The notes under the pieces were generated by a model. It did no database searches. It had not been told where the DNA came from and worked only from the letters and a program-made list of their open reading frames with translations. The translations under genes and the position numbers were made by a program. Positions 1 through 8,317 of a stretch of DNA of 64,000 nt are shown piece by piece. Source of the stretch: a candidate division WOR-3 bacterium (GTDB lineage Bacteria > Hydrothermota > Hydrothermia > WGAB01); contig WFXO01000061.1 of NCBI GenBank assembly GCA_015490555.1, positions 7,221 to 71,220 on the forward strand, written 5' to 3'. The number at the start of each line of letters is the position of its first letter. Positions within the stretch are counted from its first letter, which is position 1.

Positions 1-1171
1 AATAGGCCTGGTTGATTTTTCGTTGATGGTACCTGAGGAAACTTCCCCATTGGGCATTGACGACCCGTCGGAGTTCCTGAGGGGTCGGGGGCTCTTCGAT
101 CAGTGAACGGAGCACCTCCAGGATCCCGTCCCGTGCCTCTTGAAACTGGTCAGAACTCGTACCCATGGTGATCCCGAAGAGGCCTCCATAGTCATTGAAG
201 AATTCGGTGAAAGCGCCCAGGCGGTATGCCAATCCGCGTTGCTCCCGGAGCACGTTCGACATCCGATAGGAGAGAACCATGGCGGCCACTCGAAGGGCAG
301 GAATGTCCTCATGTTGAATCGGCGGGATCGTGGTGCCCATGTAGATATCGGCACGGTCGTTGTCCAAAAAGACAATGGACTCCCGTTTCTCCGTGGGCTG
401 TGGGGGAGGGGGAGCGCCCGGGGCTTCCCCTGCACCTTGCCAGGGACCGAACAGTTCCCGGATTTTCGAAAGGACCTCCTGTGCAGGAGCACTGGAAACT
501 ACGGCGAGGATGCAGTTCCTAGGGACATACGCCCGCTGATGATACGCAACCAGGTCTGACCGTTCGATGGAATGGACGCCTTCTAAGGTGCCTTCCAAGG
601 GGCGTGCGAGGGGTGTGCCCGGATACAGTAAGGCATAAAACTTGTTCCTTGCGACCCATCGAGGGACCCGTTCGTTCTCTTTGAGTTGCAGGGTCAACCG
701 TTGCTTGGCGCGCCGAATCTCATCTTGGGGGAACGTAGGAGAGGTGACCATGGTGTGAAACAGATCCAGGGCCGGGAAGAGGTTCTCATCGAGGACCTCG
801 AGCCGCACATACGCATAGTCGCGGGAGTTGTAATAATCGTCAAAGGGAATGTATGGATTGTCCACGGTCTTCACGCGAGCGCCCAACGACTCCAATGTTT
901 GGGCAATGGCAGCGCGATCCAGGTCACCGGCCCCTTTGGTCAGGAGCATCTGGGTCAAAACGCTCTCTCCAGGTTTCTTTTCTAATGCCAGGCGACGGCC
1001 GACCATCAAATGGATTGCAGCCACGGGGGTTCCCGGAACCGTTTTGACCAGGACGGTCAGGCCGTTGGGAAGCACGGTTCGGACAATGGGCTGGGAAGAC
1101 TTCTGACACCCCGCGATGCCTAAGAAGACTCCAAGACCTAAGAACCAAGGAAGATAACGATGCGTGTTCAT
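1..1171 (-). CDS. M16 (pitrilysin) family peptidase, probable non-catalytic partner subunit; C-terminus runs off the left window edge
   Basis: Absent from the ORF track because there is no stop inside the window. My translation of the minus strand from ATG 1171-1169 gives MNTHRYLPWFLGLGVFLGIAGCQKSSQPIVRTVLPNGLTVLVKTVPGTPVAAIHLMVGRR... and stays open to nt 1. M16-like layout without HxxEH. Lipobox-like LGIAGC. ATGA overlap with the stop of the upstream M16 gene. Confidence 0.7.
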   Translation of the reverse strand, partial: MNTHRYLPWFLGLGVFLGIAGCQKSSQPIVRTVLPNGLTVLVKTVPGTPVAAIHLMVGRRLALEKKPGESVLTQMLLTKGAGDLDRAAIAQTLESLGARVKTVDNPYIPFDDYYNSRDYAYVRLEVLDENLFPALDLFHTMVTSPTFPQDEIRRAKQRLTLQLKENERVPRWVARNKFYALLYPGTPLARPLEGTLEGVHSIERSDLVAYHQRAYVPRNCILAVVSSAPAQEVLSKIRELFGPWQGAGEAPGAPPPPQPTEKRESIVFLDNDRADIYMGTTIPPIQHEDIPALRVAAMVLSYRMSNVLREQRGLAYRLGAFTEFFNDYGGLFGITMGTSSDQFQEARDGILEVLRSLIEEPPTPQELRRVVNAQWGSFLRYHQRKINQAY

Positions 1172-2445
1172 CTCTTCCCTCCTTGTGACGGGCGCAAAAG
1201 CACCCCACGATATCGGAGCGGTTTGAACACCTGATCCCTTGCCTGGAGGACCTGATCCACAGTAACCTCTCCCATCCGTTGGTAATAGGATTCGTAAAGG
1301 TCGTAGCCACTCCCCAACGCGACCCAATAGGCGAGGCCCATGCCTTCATACGTCAGATTCTCGCTTTCGAAGGCATGGGACGCCAGGATGGAGGTCCGGA
1401 CACGCTGGACAACGTCCTCTCCTAAACTGGAGAGTTCCTCTAAACTCTCTGGCAGAAGAGCCAAAGCCTTCCGCGCTTTTGACGGGGAATCCGTTTTCAG
1501 CGTTAACTGCAGGTATTCGAATCCTAAGTGGCGGACATAACTGAACGACGCCTCGGTCACCAGCGGGGAATCTGAATAAAGCACCTTTTGGAGATATGGG
1601 GAATCGGAACTGCTGTTGAGGATCTCGGTCAAGACCTCCAGAGCAGGCGCCAGAGTATGGTCGGCGGGGAGGGCCGGGAAGGCCACCATCAGGTAGCAAC
1701 TGGGGAACTGCCACACCTGCTCTTTGAGCACCTGACCCTTGGGCTCAAAGGGTGGAATGGGACGAACCTTTGGAAGAGGCTGGCTTGGACGGGGGCCGTA
1801 AACGCGCTCGAAGGTCTTGATGACGTCCTGGGAGCGGAAATCCCCAATCACGATTGCGATCATGTTGTCCGGACGGTAAAACCGTTTGTAATAGTTCCAC
1901 ACGGTGCCCCGCTGGACCTGCTGGATCGTCTCTTCGTACCCAAGCACCGGCTCGGCATATGGGGTTCCCGCAAAGGCGACCTTTTTGAAGATTTCATCGG
2001 CCACAGATTCTGGGTTGGCACGGTCCTTGTGCATCTCCTGGATCACGACCTTCTTCTCTTTTTCGAACTCTTTTTTTGGAAGGATGGAGTGCATCAGCAT
2101 ATCCGCTTGATTTTCGATCGCGTCTTCCAGGAATTCCGAGGGAGCGGTGATGAGATAAGCCGTGAAATCCTCTCTTGTAAAGGCGTTGAAATATGTCCCG
2201 TGCTCATCAAAACGGTCCCGAATCTGCTGGCGGGTCTGGGTTTCGGTGCCATCAAACAGCATGTGTTCCAGGAAATGGGTCATCCCCAGTGTAGAATCTG
2301 ATTCATAGACACTGCCCGATTTGACCACAACGGTGACATTCACGAGGGGCACCGAATGATCTTCCTTCAGGATGACTTTCATGCCGTTCGATAAGGTGGT
2401 CTCTTGGACCGCTACGGTCAACATCAATAAAATGCCCCAAGGCAT
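1168..2445 (-). CDS. M16 family zinc peptidase (catalytic subunit, HxxEH)
   Basis: 425 aa. Inverted zinc motif in GMTHFLEHMLFDGT. N-terminal signal-like segment. 4-nt overlap with the downstream partner gene. Confidence 0.9.
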   Translation of the reverse strand: MPWGILLMLTVAVQETTLSNGMKVILKEDHSVPLVNVTVVVKSGSVYESDSTLGMTHFLEHMLFDGTETQTRQQIRDRFDEHGTYFNAFTREDFTAYLITAPSEFLEDAIENQADMLMHSILPKKEFEKEKKVVIQEMHKDRANPESVADEIFKKVAFAGTPYAEPVLGYEETIQQVQRGTVWNYYKRFYRPDNMIAIVIGDFRSQDVIKTFERVYGPRPSQPLPKVRPIPPFEPKGQVLKEQVWQFPSCYLMVAFPALPADHTLAPALEVLTEILNSSSDSPYLQKVLYSDSPLVTEASFSYVRHLGFEYLQLTLKTDSPSKARKALALLPESLEELSSLGEDVVQRVRTSILASHAFESENLTYEGMGLAYWVALGSGYDLYESYYQRMGEVTVDQVLQARDQVFKPLRYRGVLLRPSQGGKR

Positions 2446-2451
2446 AGATCT

Positions 2452-3492
2452 TTACCTCCCTTTTGTAGAAGATGGCACTGACCAGGAGGGGACTTTAACG
2501 GGCACGCCCCCCTGGCGGATGGACTGAAAGGCCGCTTCTAAGACTGCCATGACTTCCAGGCCAGAGTAGCCGTCCGTTCTTGGACGCTTGCCTTCCTGAA
2601 TACACTCCACGAAATGTTTGGCCTCCTCCCGGAGGGGCTCCTTGAAAGGAACCCGCGGAGCAAAGATGTCTCCATATCGCACCGCAATGACCCCGGGCGG
2701 AAGTTCTACCGCCTGGAAGGGGTCCCGGAGGATCCCCTTGTCGTAAATCTTGAGTTTTTCTTCGGGTTCCATGTCATCGAATACGGCCATTTTTTCAGAG
2801 CCCACCAGGACCAAACTGCGGACCTTCCGGGGATCCAACCAGGAGATGTGGAAGTGTGCAACACGCCGATCTTCGTACTCCACCGTGATGAAAGCGACGT
2901 CTTCAATCGAGTCTGTCACATAACTCCAGCCTGTAGCCGTGACTCGGATCGGTTTCCGCCCCAGAAGGAAATTGCTGATGGAAACATCATGGGGTGCAAG
3001 ACTCAATACGACGTTTTCATCCGTTCGGATTCGGCCGAGATTCAGACGCCGGGAGTAAAGATAGAGGATGTCCCCCAACTCCCCTCGATCCACCAGTTCT
3101 TTGAGTTTTACAATCGCAGGATGGTAGAGCAACAGATGGCCCACCATGAAAATCCGTTGTTTTTGTTCGGCCAGGGCGACGAGTTCGATGGCCTGCTCTA
3201 AGGAATGGGTCATGGGTTTTTCTACGAAGACATGCAAGCCCTTTTCCAGGGCTTTCTTCACGAGACGATAATGGGCAGACGAAGAAGTGGCAATGACCAC
3301 CGCATCCACGCCCTCCAAAGCCTGTTCCACGTCCGTTGTGGTCTGGATGGTGGGAAACGCCTGTACCGCCCTTTGAAGCCGTTCCTCAGAGAGATCACAG
3401 ACCCATTGAAGCGTTACGTCGTCTAATGTGGCCCAGGTCCGCAAGTGGTTCCAGCCCCAGTTCCCGACACCGATCAAAGATACTTTGAGCAT
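2452..3492 (-). CDS. Gfo/Idh/MocA family NAD(P)-dependent oxidoreductase
   Basis: 346 aa. N-terminal Rossmann motif MLKVSLIGVGNWGWNH, typical family length, GGAGG Shine-Dalgarno upstream of ATG 3492. Confidence 0.85.
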   Translation of the reverse strand: MLKVSLIGVGNWGWNHLRTWATLDDVTLQWVCDLSEERLQRAVQAFPTIQTTTDVEQALEGVDAVVIATSSSAHYRLVKKALEKGLHVFVEKPMTHSLEQAIELVALAEQKQRIFMVGHLLLYHPAIVKLKELVDRGELGDILYLYSRRLNLGRIRTDENVVLSLAPHDVSISNFLLGRKPIRVTATGWSYVTDSIEDVAFITVEYEDRRVAHFHISWLDPRKVRSLVLVGSEKMAVFDDMEPEEKLKIYDKGILRDPFQAVELPPGVIAVRYGDIFAPRVPFKEPLREEAKHFVECIQEGKRPRTDGYSGLEVMAVLEAAFQSIRQGGVPVKVPSWSVPSSTKGR

Positions 3493-3527
3493 GAATGAAG
3501 CCTCCTTTCCGGTGGAATATTGCCAGA

Positions 3528-3533
3528 ATTATA
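3528..3533 (-). promoter_or_regulatory. -10 box TATAAT (minus strand) for the Gfo-M16-M16 operon; leadered
   Basis: Plus-strand attata at 3528-3533 is TATAAT on the minus strand. A 35-nt leader containing GGAGG precedes ATG 3492. No clear -35. Confidence 0.45.
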
Positions 3534-3562
3534 GAGGACAATCCGAAACGACTCTCCCCAAA

Positions 3563-3622
3563 CCCCTCCCTGACCAGGGAGGGGCTTTGCATTGCGGGAG
3601 TCGACCCTGATCAGGGAGGGGC
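3563..3622. repeat. Two direct copies of an 18-nt GC-rich palindromic motif CCCTGA(C/T)CAGGGAGGGGC
   Basis: Copies at 3568-3585 and 3605-3622 differ by one mismatch. The first copy sits in a perfect hairpin, CCCCTCCCTG-AC-CAGGGAGGGG (3563-3584). The second contains the perfect palindrome CCCTGATCAGGG. Confidence 0.8.
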
Positions 3623-3636
3623 GGTGCGTTCATTGA

Positions 3637-3719
3637 ATCGCCGCTCAAGCGGCTCCTACAAGGGGGAAAAAGAAGCCTCTACCAGGGAAAATCCACGTAG
3701 GAGCGGCTTCAGCCGCGAT
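3637..3719. repeat. REP/REPIN-like inverted pair (GTAG head plus short GC hairpin)
   Basis: 3637-3659 is ATCGCCGCTCAAGCGGCTCCTAC. 3697-3719 is GTAGGAGCGGCTTCAGCCGCGAT, whose reverse complement is ATCGCGGCTGAAGCCGCTCCTAC. The three differences keep the GCCGC/GCGGC stem intact (compensatory). The GTAG heads face each other across 37 nt. Confidence 0.7.
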
Positions 3720-3749
3720 CCAAACTTTACCCAGGAAATTGCAGGTGTT

Positions 3750-3765
3750 CCCCTGACCAGGGGGT
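3750..3765. repeat. Third, degenerate copy of the CCCTGACCAGGG motif
   Basis: CCCCTGACCAGGGGGT at 3750-3765. A related imperfect palindrome CCTGGGATCCCCAGG lies at 3858-3872. Confidence 0.6.
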
Positions 3766-3931
3766 CATTCGCGTAAGAAGATCACGAGTGTTACCCATGT
3801 ATCCGAACACATGGACCCCATGGATCAATTCTTCGCATGTCCTCCGGAGAAGACGCCCCTGGGATCCCCAGGCACAATTTCTAAAGCACCACACATTTTG
3901 CGAACCGACGCATCAGATCCCGACAGTTCCT

Positions 3932-3937
3932 TATAAT
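3932..3937 (+). promoter_or_regulatory. -10 box TATAAT, 8 nt upstream of ATG 3946 (leaderless-type)
   Basis: tccTTATAATctcccatcATG. There is no room for a Shine-Dalgarno. No clear -35. Confidence 0.55.
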
Positions 3938-3945
3938 CTCCCATC

Positions 3946-5664
3946 ATGCGGACCTTACAGCAGATTCTGCGACGGATTGATGGAAAAGGCTACGGGGCTT
4001 ACAAAGAACTCCAGCGGAGGGTGTTTCATTTTGGGCAATTCGATCTGTATGTAGACCACATCCAAGGGGACCCGTTTGCCGCCCCCAGTCGGTTCCGGAT
4101 CCGGGTCCCTCAATCTATCGCAAAGTTCCCTCCGAGCACCTACGCCACACCCTCCCGACATGTGGCCCTTCAGGACTTTCTGGTTCGACGATTTTGGGAG
4201 GCCTCGCGTCAGTATTCAGAACGACGGGGCTCCGGGAAAAGCGGTCAGATCTTTATTGATCCGCCTGGACAGGAGATCCTGGAACGCTCGGCATGCCAGG
4301 TCACCCAGGAGTACGTAGAACTCCGGTTCTTCGCGGGACTTCCCGCGGCGGGGCGTCGGATCCTTGGCCATGAGGCCGAAGAGATGCTGGTCCGAGTTTT
4401 CCCCAGATTGGTCCAGGAATCCCTGTTGTACGAGAACTTGCCCCAGTCTGCGCTTGTACGTCATATCGAGACCGCCGAGGATGCCGATGCTGCCCGCGAT
4501 GCACTGTCCCGGTTAGGGCTGGTGGCATTCATTGCAGACGGCAGCATTTTACCCCGAAGAAGTGGTGTGGATGACCGCCCCATGCCCAGCGATCGAGCGA
4601 TTCCGTTTCAGTCCCCGCCTTCGCTCAGGATCACGCTGGAACTCCCCAATCGGGGAAAAGTGACAGGCATGGGGATCCCTCAGGGGGTCACCCTCATTGT
4701 CGGCGGGGGCTTCCATGGCAAATCGACCCTCCTGCGCGCGATCGAACGAGGTGTTTATAACCACATCCCCGGCGATGGACGGGAACTGGTGGTTACCGAT
4801 CCCACAGCCGTGAAAATCCGTGCAGAAGACGGCCGGAGTGTCGTTGGCGTGGATATTTCCCCCTTTATTGGTGAGTTGCCGGGGGGAGTAGAAACCCGTG
4901 CCTTCACCACCGAGAATGCCAGTGGTTCCACGAGCCAGGCCGCCAACATCATGGAAGCCCTGGAAGCCGGATCTAAACTCCTGCTCCTGGACGAAGACAC
5001 CTGCGCCACCAACTTCATGATCCGAGACCAGCGGATGCAGGCCCTGATCGAAAAATCATTGGAACCCATTACCCCCTTCGTGGACAAGGTCCGGCTTCTC
5101 TATCGTGATTACGGTGTTTCGACCCTTCTGGTCATGGGCGGCTCCGGGGATTACTTCGACGTCGCCGACACCGTGATCGCGATGGTTCGGTACCAACCCA
5201 AAGACGTCACTCAAAAGGCCAAAGAGATCGCCCAACAGTTTCCAACCCGTCGTCAACCCGAAGGGGGAGCGACGTTTGGCGCTATCCCGCGTCGGATCCC
5301 TTTACCGGAAAGTTTGAGTGCTCGCAGGGGAAAACGGGAGGTCTATCTCAAGGCCAGAGGAACTCGGACCCTGGTACTCGGCAGACAGGAAATCGATCTC
5401 TCGTCCGTGGAGCAATTGGTAGAAGATGGACAGGTCAAGGCCATTGGCGAGGCGATGGTCTATGCCCTGGAACGATATCTCGACGGGCGTCGGCCTCTCC
5501 ACGAGATCCTTTTGCAGGTGATGAAGGACCTCAAAACAAAAGGGTTAGACACGATCTCGAGAATTCCGTATCCTCCCGACCTTGTGGCGTTCCGGGCTTA
5601 TGAATTTGCGGCGGCCTTGAACCGGATTCGTTCCTTAAGGGTGCGGATTCCCAAGCCTTCCTGA
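3946..5664 (+). CDS. ABC-ATPase domain protein (COG3044 / PF09818-like predicted ABC-class ATPase)
   Basis: 572 aa. N-terminus MRTLQQILRRIDGKGYGAYKEL...HIQGDPFAAPSRFRIRV and P-loop GGGFHGKSTLLRAIERG match my memory of this family. Confidence 0.75.
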   Translation: MRTLQQILRRIDGKGYGAYKELQRRVFHFGQFDLYVDHIQGDPFAAPSRFRIRVPQSIAKFPPSTYATPSRHVALQDFLVRRFWEASRQYSERRGSGKSGQIFIDPPGQEILERSACQVTQEYVELRFFAGLPAAGRRILGHEAEEMLVRVFPRLVQESLLYENLPQSALVRHIETAEDADAARDALSRLGLVAFIADGSILPRRSGVDDRPMPSDRAIPFQSPPSLRITLELPNRGKVTGMGIPQGVTLIVGGGFHGKSTLLRAIERGVYNHIPGDGRELVVTDPTAVKIRAEDGRSVVGVDISPFIGELPGGVETRAFTTENASGSTSQAANIMEALEAGSKLLLLDEDTCATNFMIRDQRMQALIEKSLEPITPFVDKVRLLYRDYGVSTLLVMGGSGDYFDVADTVIAMVRYQPKDVTQKAKEIAQQFPTRRQPEGGATFGAIPRRIPLPESLSARRGKREVYLKARGTRTLVLGRQEIDLSSVEQLVEDGQVKAIGEAMVYALERYLDGRRPLHEILLQVMKDLKTKGLDTISRIPYPPDLVAFRAYEFAAALNRIRSLRVRIPKPS

Positions 5665-5684
5665 AGGAGGCCTGTTTATGTGCG

Positions 5685-5713
5685 TTGACATGGTGCGGAA
5701 TCCCTTGTATGTT
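5685..5713 (+). promoter_or_regulatory. sigma70-type promoter TTGACA-17-TATGTT for the osmC-sfsA-HAD operon (leadered)
   Basis: TTGACA 5685-5690, 17-nt spacer, TATGTT 5708-5713. GGAGGT Shine-Dalgarno upstream of ATG 5758. Confidence 0.6.
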
Positions 5714-5757
5714 AAGCCTCTACGTGACAAGGACCAAATTCAACTTGGAGGTGTTGC

Positions 5758-6159
5758 ATGAAAGTGAAGGTCGAGTGGGATTCTGGGCTTCGGTTTTTGG
5801 CAACTCCAGATTCCGGGCATTCTGTTATTCTGGACAGTGCCGAAGGGGATTCTGGCCCCCGGCCGATGGAGACGGTTTTGATCGCATTGGGCGGATGTAC
5901 GGGCATGGACGTGGTGAGTATCCTGAAAAAGATGCGGGTCCCGTTTGAGGCCTTCTGGATGGAAATCGAGGCGGAACGGGCTCCGACCCACCCCAAAGTC
6001 TACACCCACATCGTGGTGCGGTATCGGTTCAAAGGCCAGGATCTCCCTTTAGACAAACTGGAGCGTGCGGTACAACTTTCGACAGAAAAATACTGCTCCG
6101 TAATGGCCATGCTCCGATGCACGGCGAAAATCGAGACCAAAGTCGAGATCGTGCCTTGA
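5758..6159 (+). CDS. osmC: OsmC/Ohr family peroxiredoxin-like protein
   Basis: 133 aa. GPRPMETVLIALGGCTGMDVVSILKKMR carries the first conserved Cys, and YCSVMAML the second. Confidence 0.85.
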   Translation: MKVKVEWDSGLRFLATPDSGHSVILDSAEGDSGPRPMETVLIALGGCTGMDVVSILKKMRVPFEAFWMEIEAERAPTHPKVYTHIVVRYRFKGQDLPLDKLERAVQLSTEKYCSVMAMLRCTAKIETKVEIVP

Positions 6160-6857
6160 TTCGGTGGATCCAGACACCCGTCCGAGGGACGTTCCTCTCG
6201 CGTGAAACCCGTTTTAGTGCCCGTGTCCAGGTGAATGAGGACGGGGTCCATTTGGCATATGTGCCGAACTCATCGCGTTTAGAAGATCTCTTGGTGCCGG
6301 GGAGGGCAGTGGTCTTAGAGCCCCGGACAGGATCGAGCCGGAAAACCATGTATGATCTCAAAGCAGTGGATTTGGGAGATTTTGTGGTCTCCATTGATGC
6401 CCGGATCCCGAACCTTGTGGTCCATCGGTGGCTCCCCCTGGGGATCCTTCCTGGCCTCCACGGGTACCACATCAAAAAGGCGGAATACGCGTATGAAGGA
6501 AGTCGGATTGATTTCTTGCTGGAAGGACCCAAGGGCCTCCTTCTGCTGGAGACCAAATCCTGCACCTTAGCGAAGGATGGGGTGGCCCTCTTTCCGGACG
6601 CCCCAACGTCGCGGGGGACCCGCCACTTAAAGGCGCTGGCGAGGTTCCGAGCGCAGGGGAGCCGCGCGGTCGTCCTCTGGGTCGTCCAGCGGCCGGATGC
6701 CCAGGCACTCCGCCCTTATGCAGAAATGGACCCGGAATTTGCGAAAACCGCACTCTGGGCCCAAACCCAGGGCGTGGAATTCTATGCTATTCGGCTCCGG
6801 GTTACCCCCGTAACTCTGGAGTTTGACCAAGAAATCCCTGTGCGGTTGGAAACATGA
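6156..6857 (+). CDS. sfsA: SfsA (sugar fermentation stimulation protein A) family nuclease-like protein
   Basis: The ORF track starts at ATG 6117. TTG 6156 (TTGA overlap with the osmC stop) gives MIRWIQTPVRGTFLSRETRFSARV, which aligns with the E. coli SfsA N-terminus. The family pattern continues through LETKSCTL and VEFYA. Confidence 0.8.
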   Translation: MIRWIQTPVRGTFLSRETRFSARVQVNEDGVHLAYVPNSSRLEDLLVPGRAVVLEPRTGSSRKTMYDLKAVDLGDFVVSIDARIPNLVVHRWLPLGILPGLHGYHIKKAEYAYEGSRIDFLLEGPKGLLLLETKSCTLAKDGVALFPDAPTSRGTRHLKALARFRAQGSRAVVLWVVQRPDAQALRPYAEMDPEFAKTALWAQTQGVEFYAIRLRVTPVTLEFDQEIPVRLET

Positions 6858-7945
6858 ATCGGAAACGAAAAGTCTTAGAATACCTGGAAACCCGCTTTGG
6901 CATCCCTCCGGAGGTGTTCGACACCTACACGTTGTTGGACGAGGGGGACATCTGGGTGACATCTCCGGAGGTTCCACACCTCCCCATCCGGACTTATAAG
7001 CGGCGTGGGATCCGCCTGGCTCGGGTATTCAAGGATGGCAAAGTCAAATTGACGACCGCAGGGATTCAACTCTTTGGCCGGTTCGCAACCCGAAATGTGG
7101 TGGATCTTACCGCAGAAGAGGCGATGGCATATGCCGAAGGGAAAGACGTTCGAGGGGAATTCCCGCATCTTGAGCCAGGCCAGGTAATCGTCCGGTACCG
7201 CGGCCATTGTTTAGGGTCGGCACTTTATCAACCGGGCCGCTTGAAGAACCAATTACCGAAAGGCAGGCGACTCCAGATTCAAATCCCTCCCCAGCCGGAT
7301 GCCACTGCCTTGATCTTTGACCTGGATGGGGTGATCCTCGATTCAGAGCCCCTCCACGTCGAAGCGACCAATCAAGTTCTTCGCCGTTATGGACATCACT
7401 TGACGCTGGAAGAAAATGTCCCGTACATGGGGTTAGGAGAGCGGGAATATTGGAACGCTTTGATCCAAAAATTTGGCCTCCCCGAAGGTATCGAAGGGGA
7501 CTTGGCTCGGGCGAAGGCGGAGATTTACGAACAACTTCTCCGAACCGAGCCACTTGTGCCGATCCCCGGTATTTCTGAGTTTTTGGCCCGTTGTCAACAG
7601 GCGGGTTTCCTCCTCGCCGTCGCCTCTTCTTCTCGACATCCGGAGATTCGGTTAATTCTCCAGCGGTTGGACTTCCTGAAGTATTTCCGTGTGGTGGTCT
7701 CATCCCAGGACGTCCAGCAGGGGAAACCCCGACCGGATATCTTCCTCAAGGCAGCCAAGGCGTTGGATGTCCCTCCGGAGCGGTGTATTGTGTTTGAAGA
7801 CTCCCTCAACGGCATCCGGGCCGCTCGCGCTGCAGGGATGAAAGTCGTCGCCGTCCGAGCTCCGAAGGGGGCGGATCTGGCCGACCTCACCCTCAAGTCT
7901 TTTAAAGGGGTCTCGCCCGAAGAATTGGTCCAGCACCTGCTGTAA
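6854..7945 (+). CDS. Fusion: RsmF C-terminal-like/PUA-like RNA-binding module (aa 1-150) plus HAD-IA phosphatase (beta-phosphoglucomutase-like, aa 160-363)
   Basis: HAD motifs are FDLDGVILDS (I), VASSS (II), GKPRPD (III) and FEDSLNG (IV). The N-terminal GQVIVRYRGHCLGSALYQPGRLKNQLPKGRR resembles the PUA-like tail of NOL1/NOP2/Sun (RsmF) methyltransferases, but no methyltransferase domain is present. ATGA overlap with the sfsA stop. Confidence 0.8.
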   Translation: MNRKRKVLEYLETRFGIPPEVFDTYTLLDEGDIWVTSPEVPHLPIRTYKRRGIRLARVFKDGKVKLTTAGIQLFGRFATRNVVDLTAEEAMAYAEGKDVRGEFPHLEPGQVIVRYRGHCLGSALYQPGRLKNQLPKGRRLQIQIPPQPDATALIFDLDGVILDSEPLHVEATNQVLRRYGHHLTLEENVPYMGLGEREYWNALIQKFGLPEGIEGDLARAKAEIYEQLLRTEPLVPIPGISEFLARCQQAGFLLAVASSSRHPEIRLILQRLDFLKYFRVVVSSQDVQQGKPRPDIFLKAAKALDVPPERCIVFEDSLNGIRAARAAGMKVVAVRAPKGADLADLTLKSFKGVSPEELVQHLL

Positions 7946-8017
7946 GCGGATCCTGTAGCAGCCAAAGTCCATTCCATCCTCAAAGGCGGTGTCTTTTTCC
8001 CCCATTCCCTTCCCCTG

Positions 8018-8023
8018 TATACT
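8018..8023 (+). promoter_or_regulatory. -10 box TATACT, 6 nt upstream of GTG 8030 (leaderless-type)
   Basis: ctgTATACTttttgcGTGcat. This is the same layout as the promoter at 59963 (TATACTttgcgcATG). Confidence 0.45.
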
Positions 8024-8029
8024 TTTTGC

Positions 8030-8287
8030 GTGCATGCCTTCGAATGCAAAGGGTGTGGTGTCTTTGTCTTCGTTTTTTCCGAAGACCATCTACCTTTGTG
8101 GTGTCCCATCTGCCGAAGCAGCATGGAGCATGTAGAAATTCAGATCCCCTCAGACCTTCAAGAGTGGCAATGTCCGGAATGTGAAGAGACATTTTTCATG
8201 AAGGCCGGGGTTTCCCCTTATAAATGTGCCTACTGCAACTATACATTTCCCCGATCTCCCTATCGAATCCAAGAGGAGCACCTGTAG
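8030..8287 (+). CDS. Small double zinc-ribbon protein, function unknown
   Basis: 85 aa with four CxxC pairs in two ribbons: CKGC...CPIC and CPEC...CAYC. Stand-alone gene with its own putative promoter. Confidence 0.6.
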   Translation: MHAFECKGCGVFVFVFSEDHLPLWCPICRSSMEHVEIQIPSDLQEWQCPECEETFFMKAGVSPYKCAYCNYTFPRSPYRIQEEHL

Positions 8288-8317
8288 TCCGGCCTTCAGT
8301 ACTTTTCCCAAGAAGAT

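Noticed and set aside
3563-3765. Possible mini-CRISPR array (repeated 18-mers)
   Set aside because: There are only 2-3 copies, the spacing is irregular (37 and about 128 nt), the repeats are short, and no cas genes are in the window.
3495-3776. 93-aa ORF spanning the repeat cluster in the large intergenic region
   Set aside because: The reading frame runs through palindromic repeats and gives a Gly/Arg/Ser/Pro-rich product. There is no RBS or promoter. The DNA-level repeats are the better explanation.
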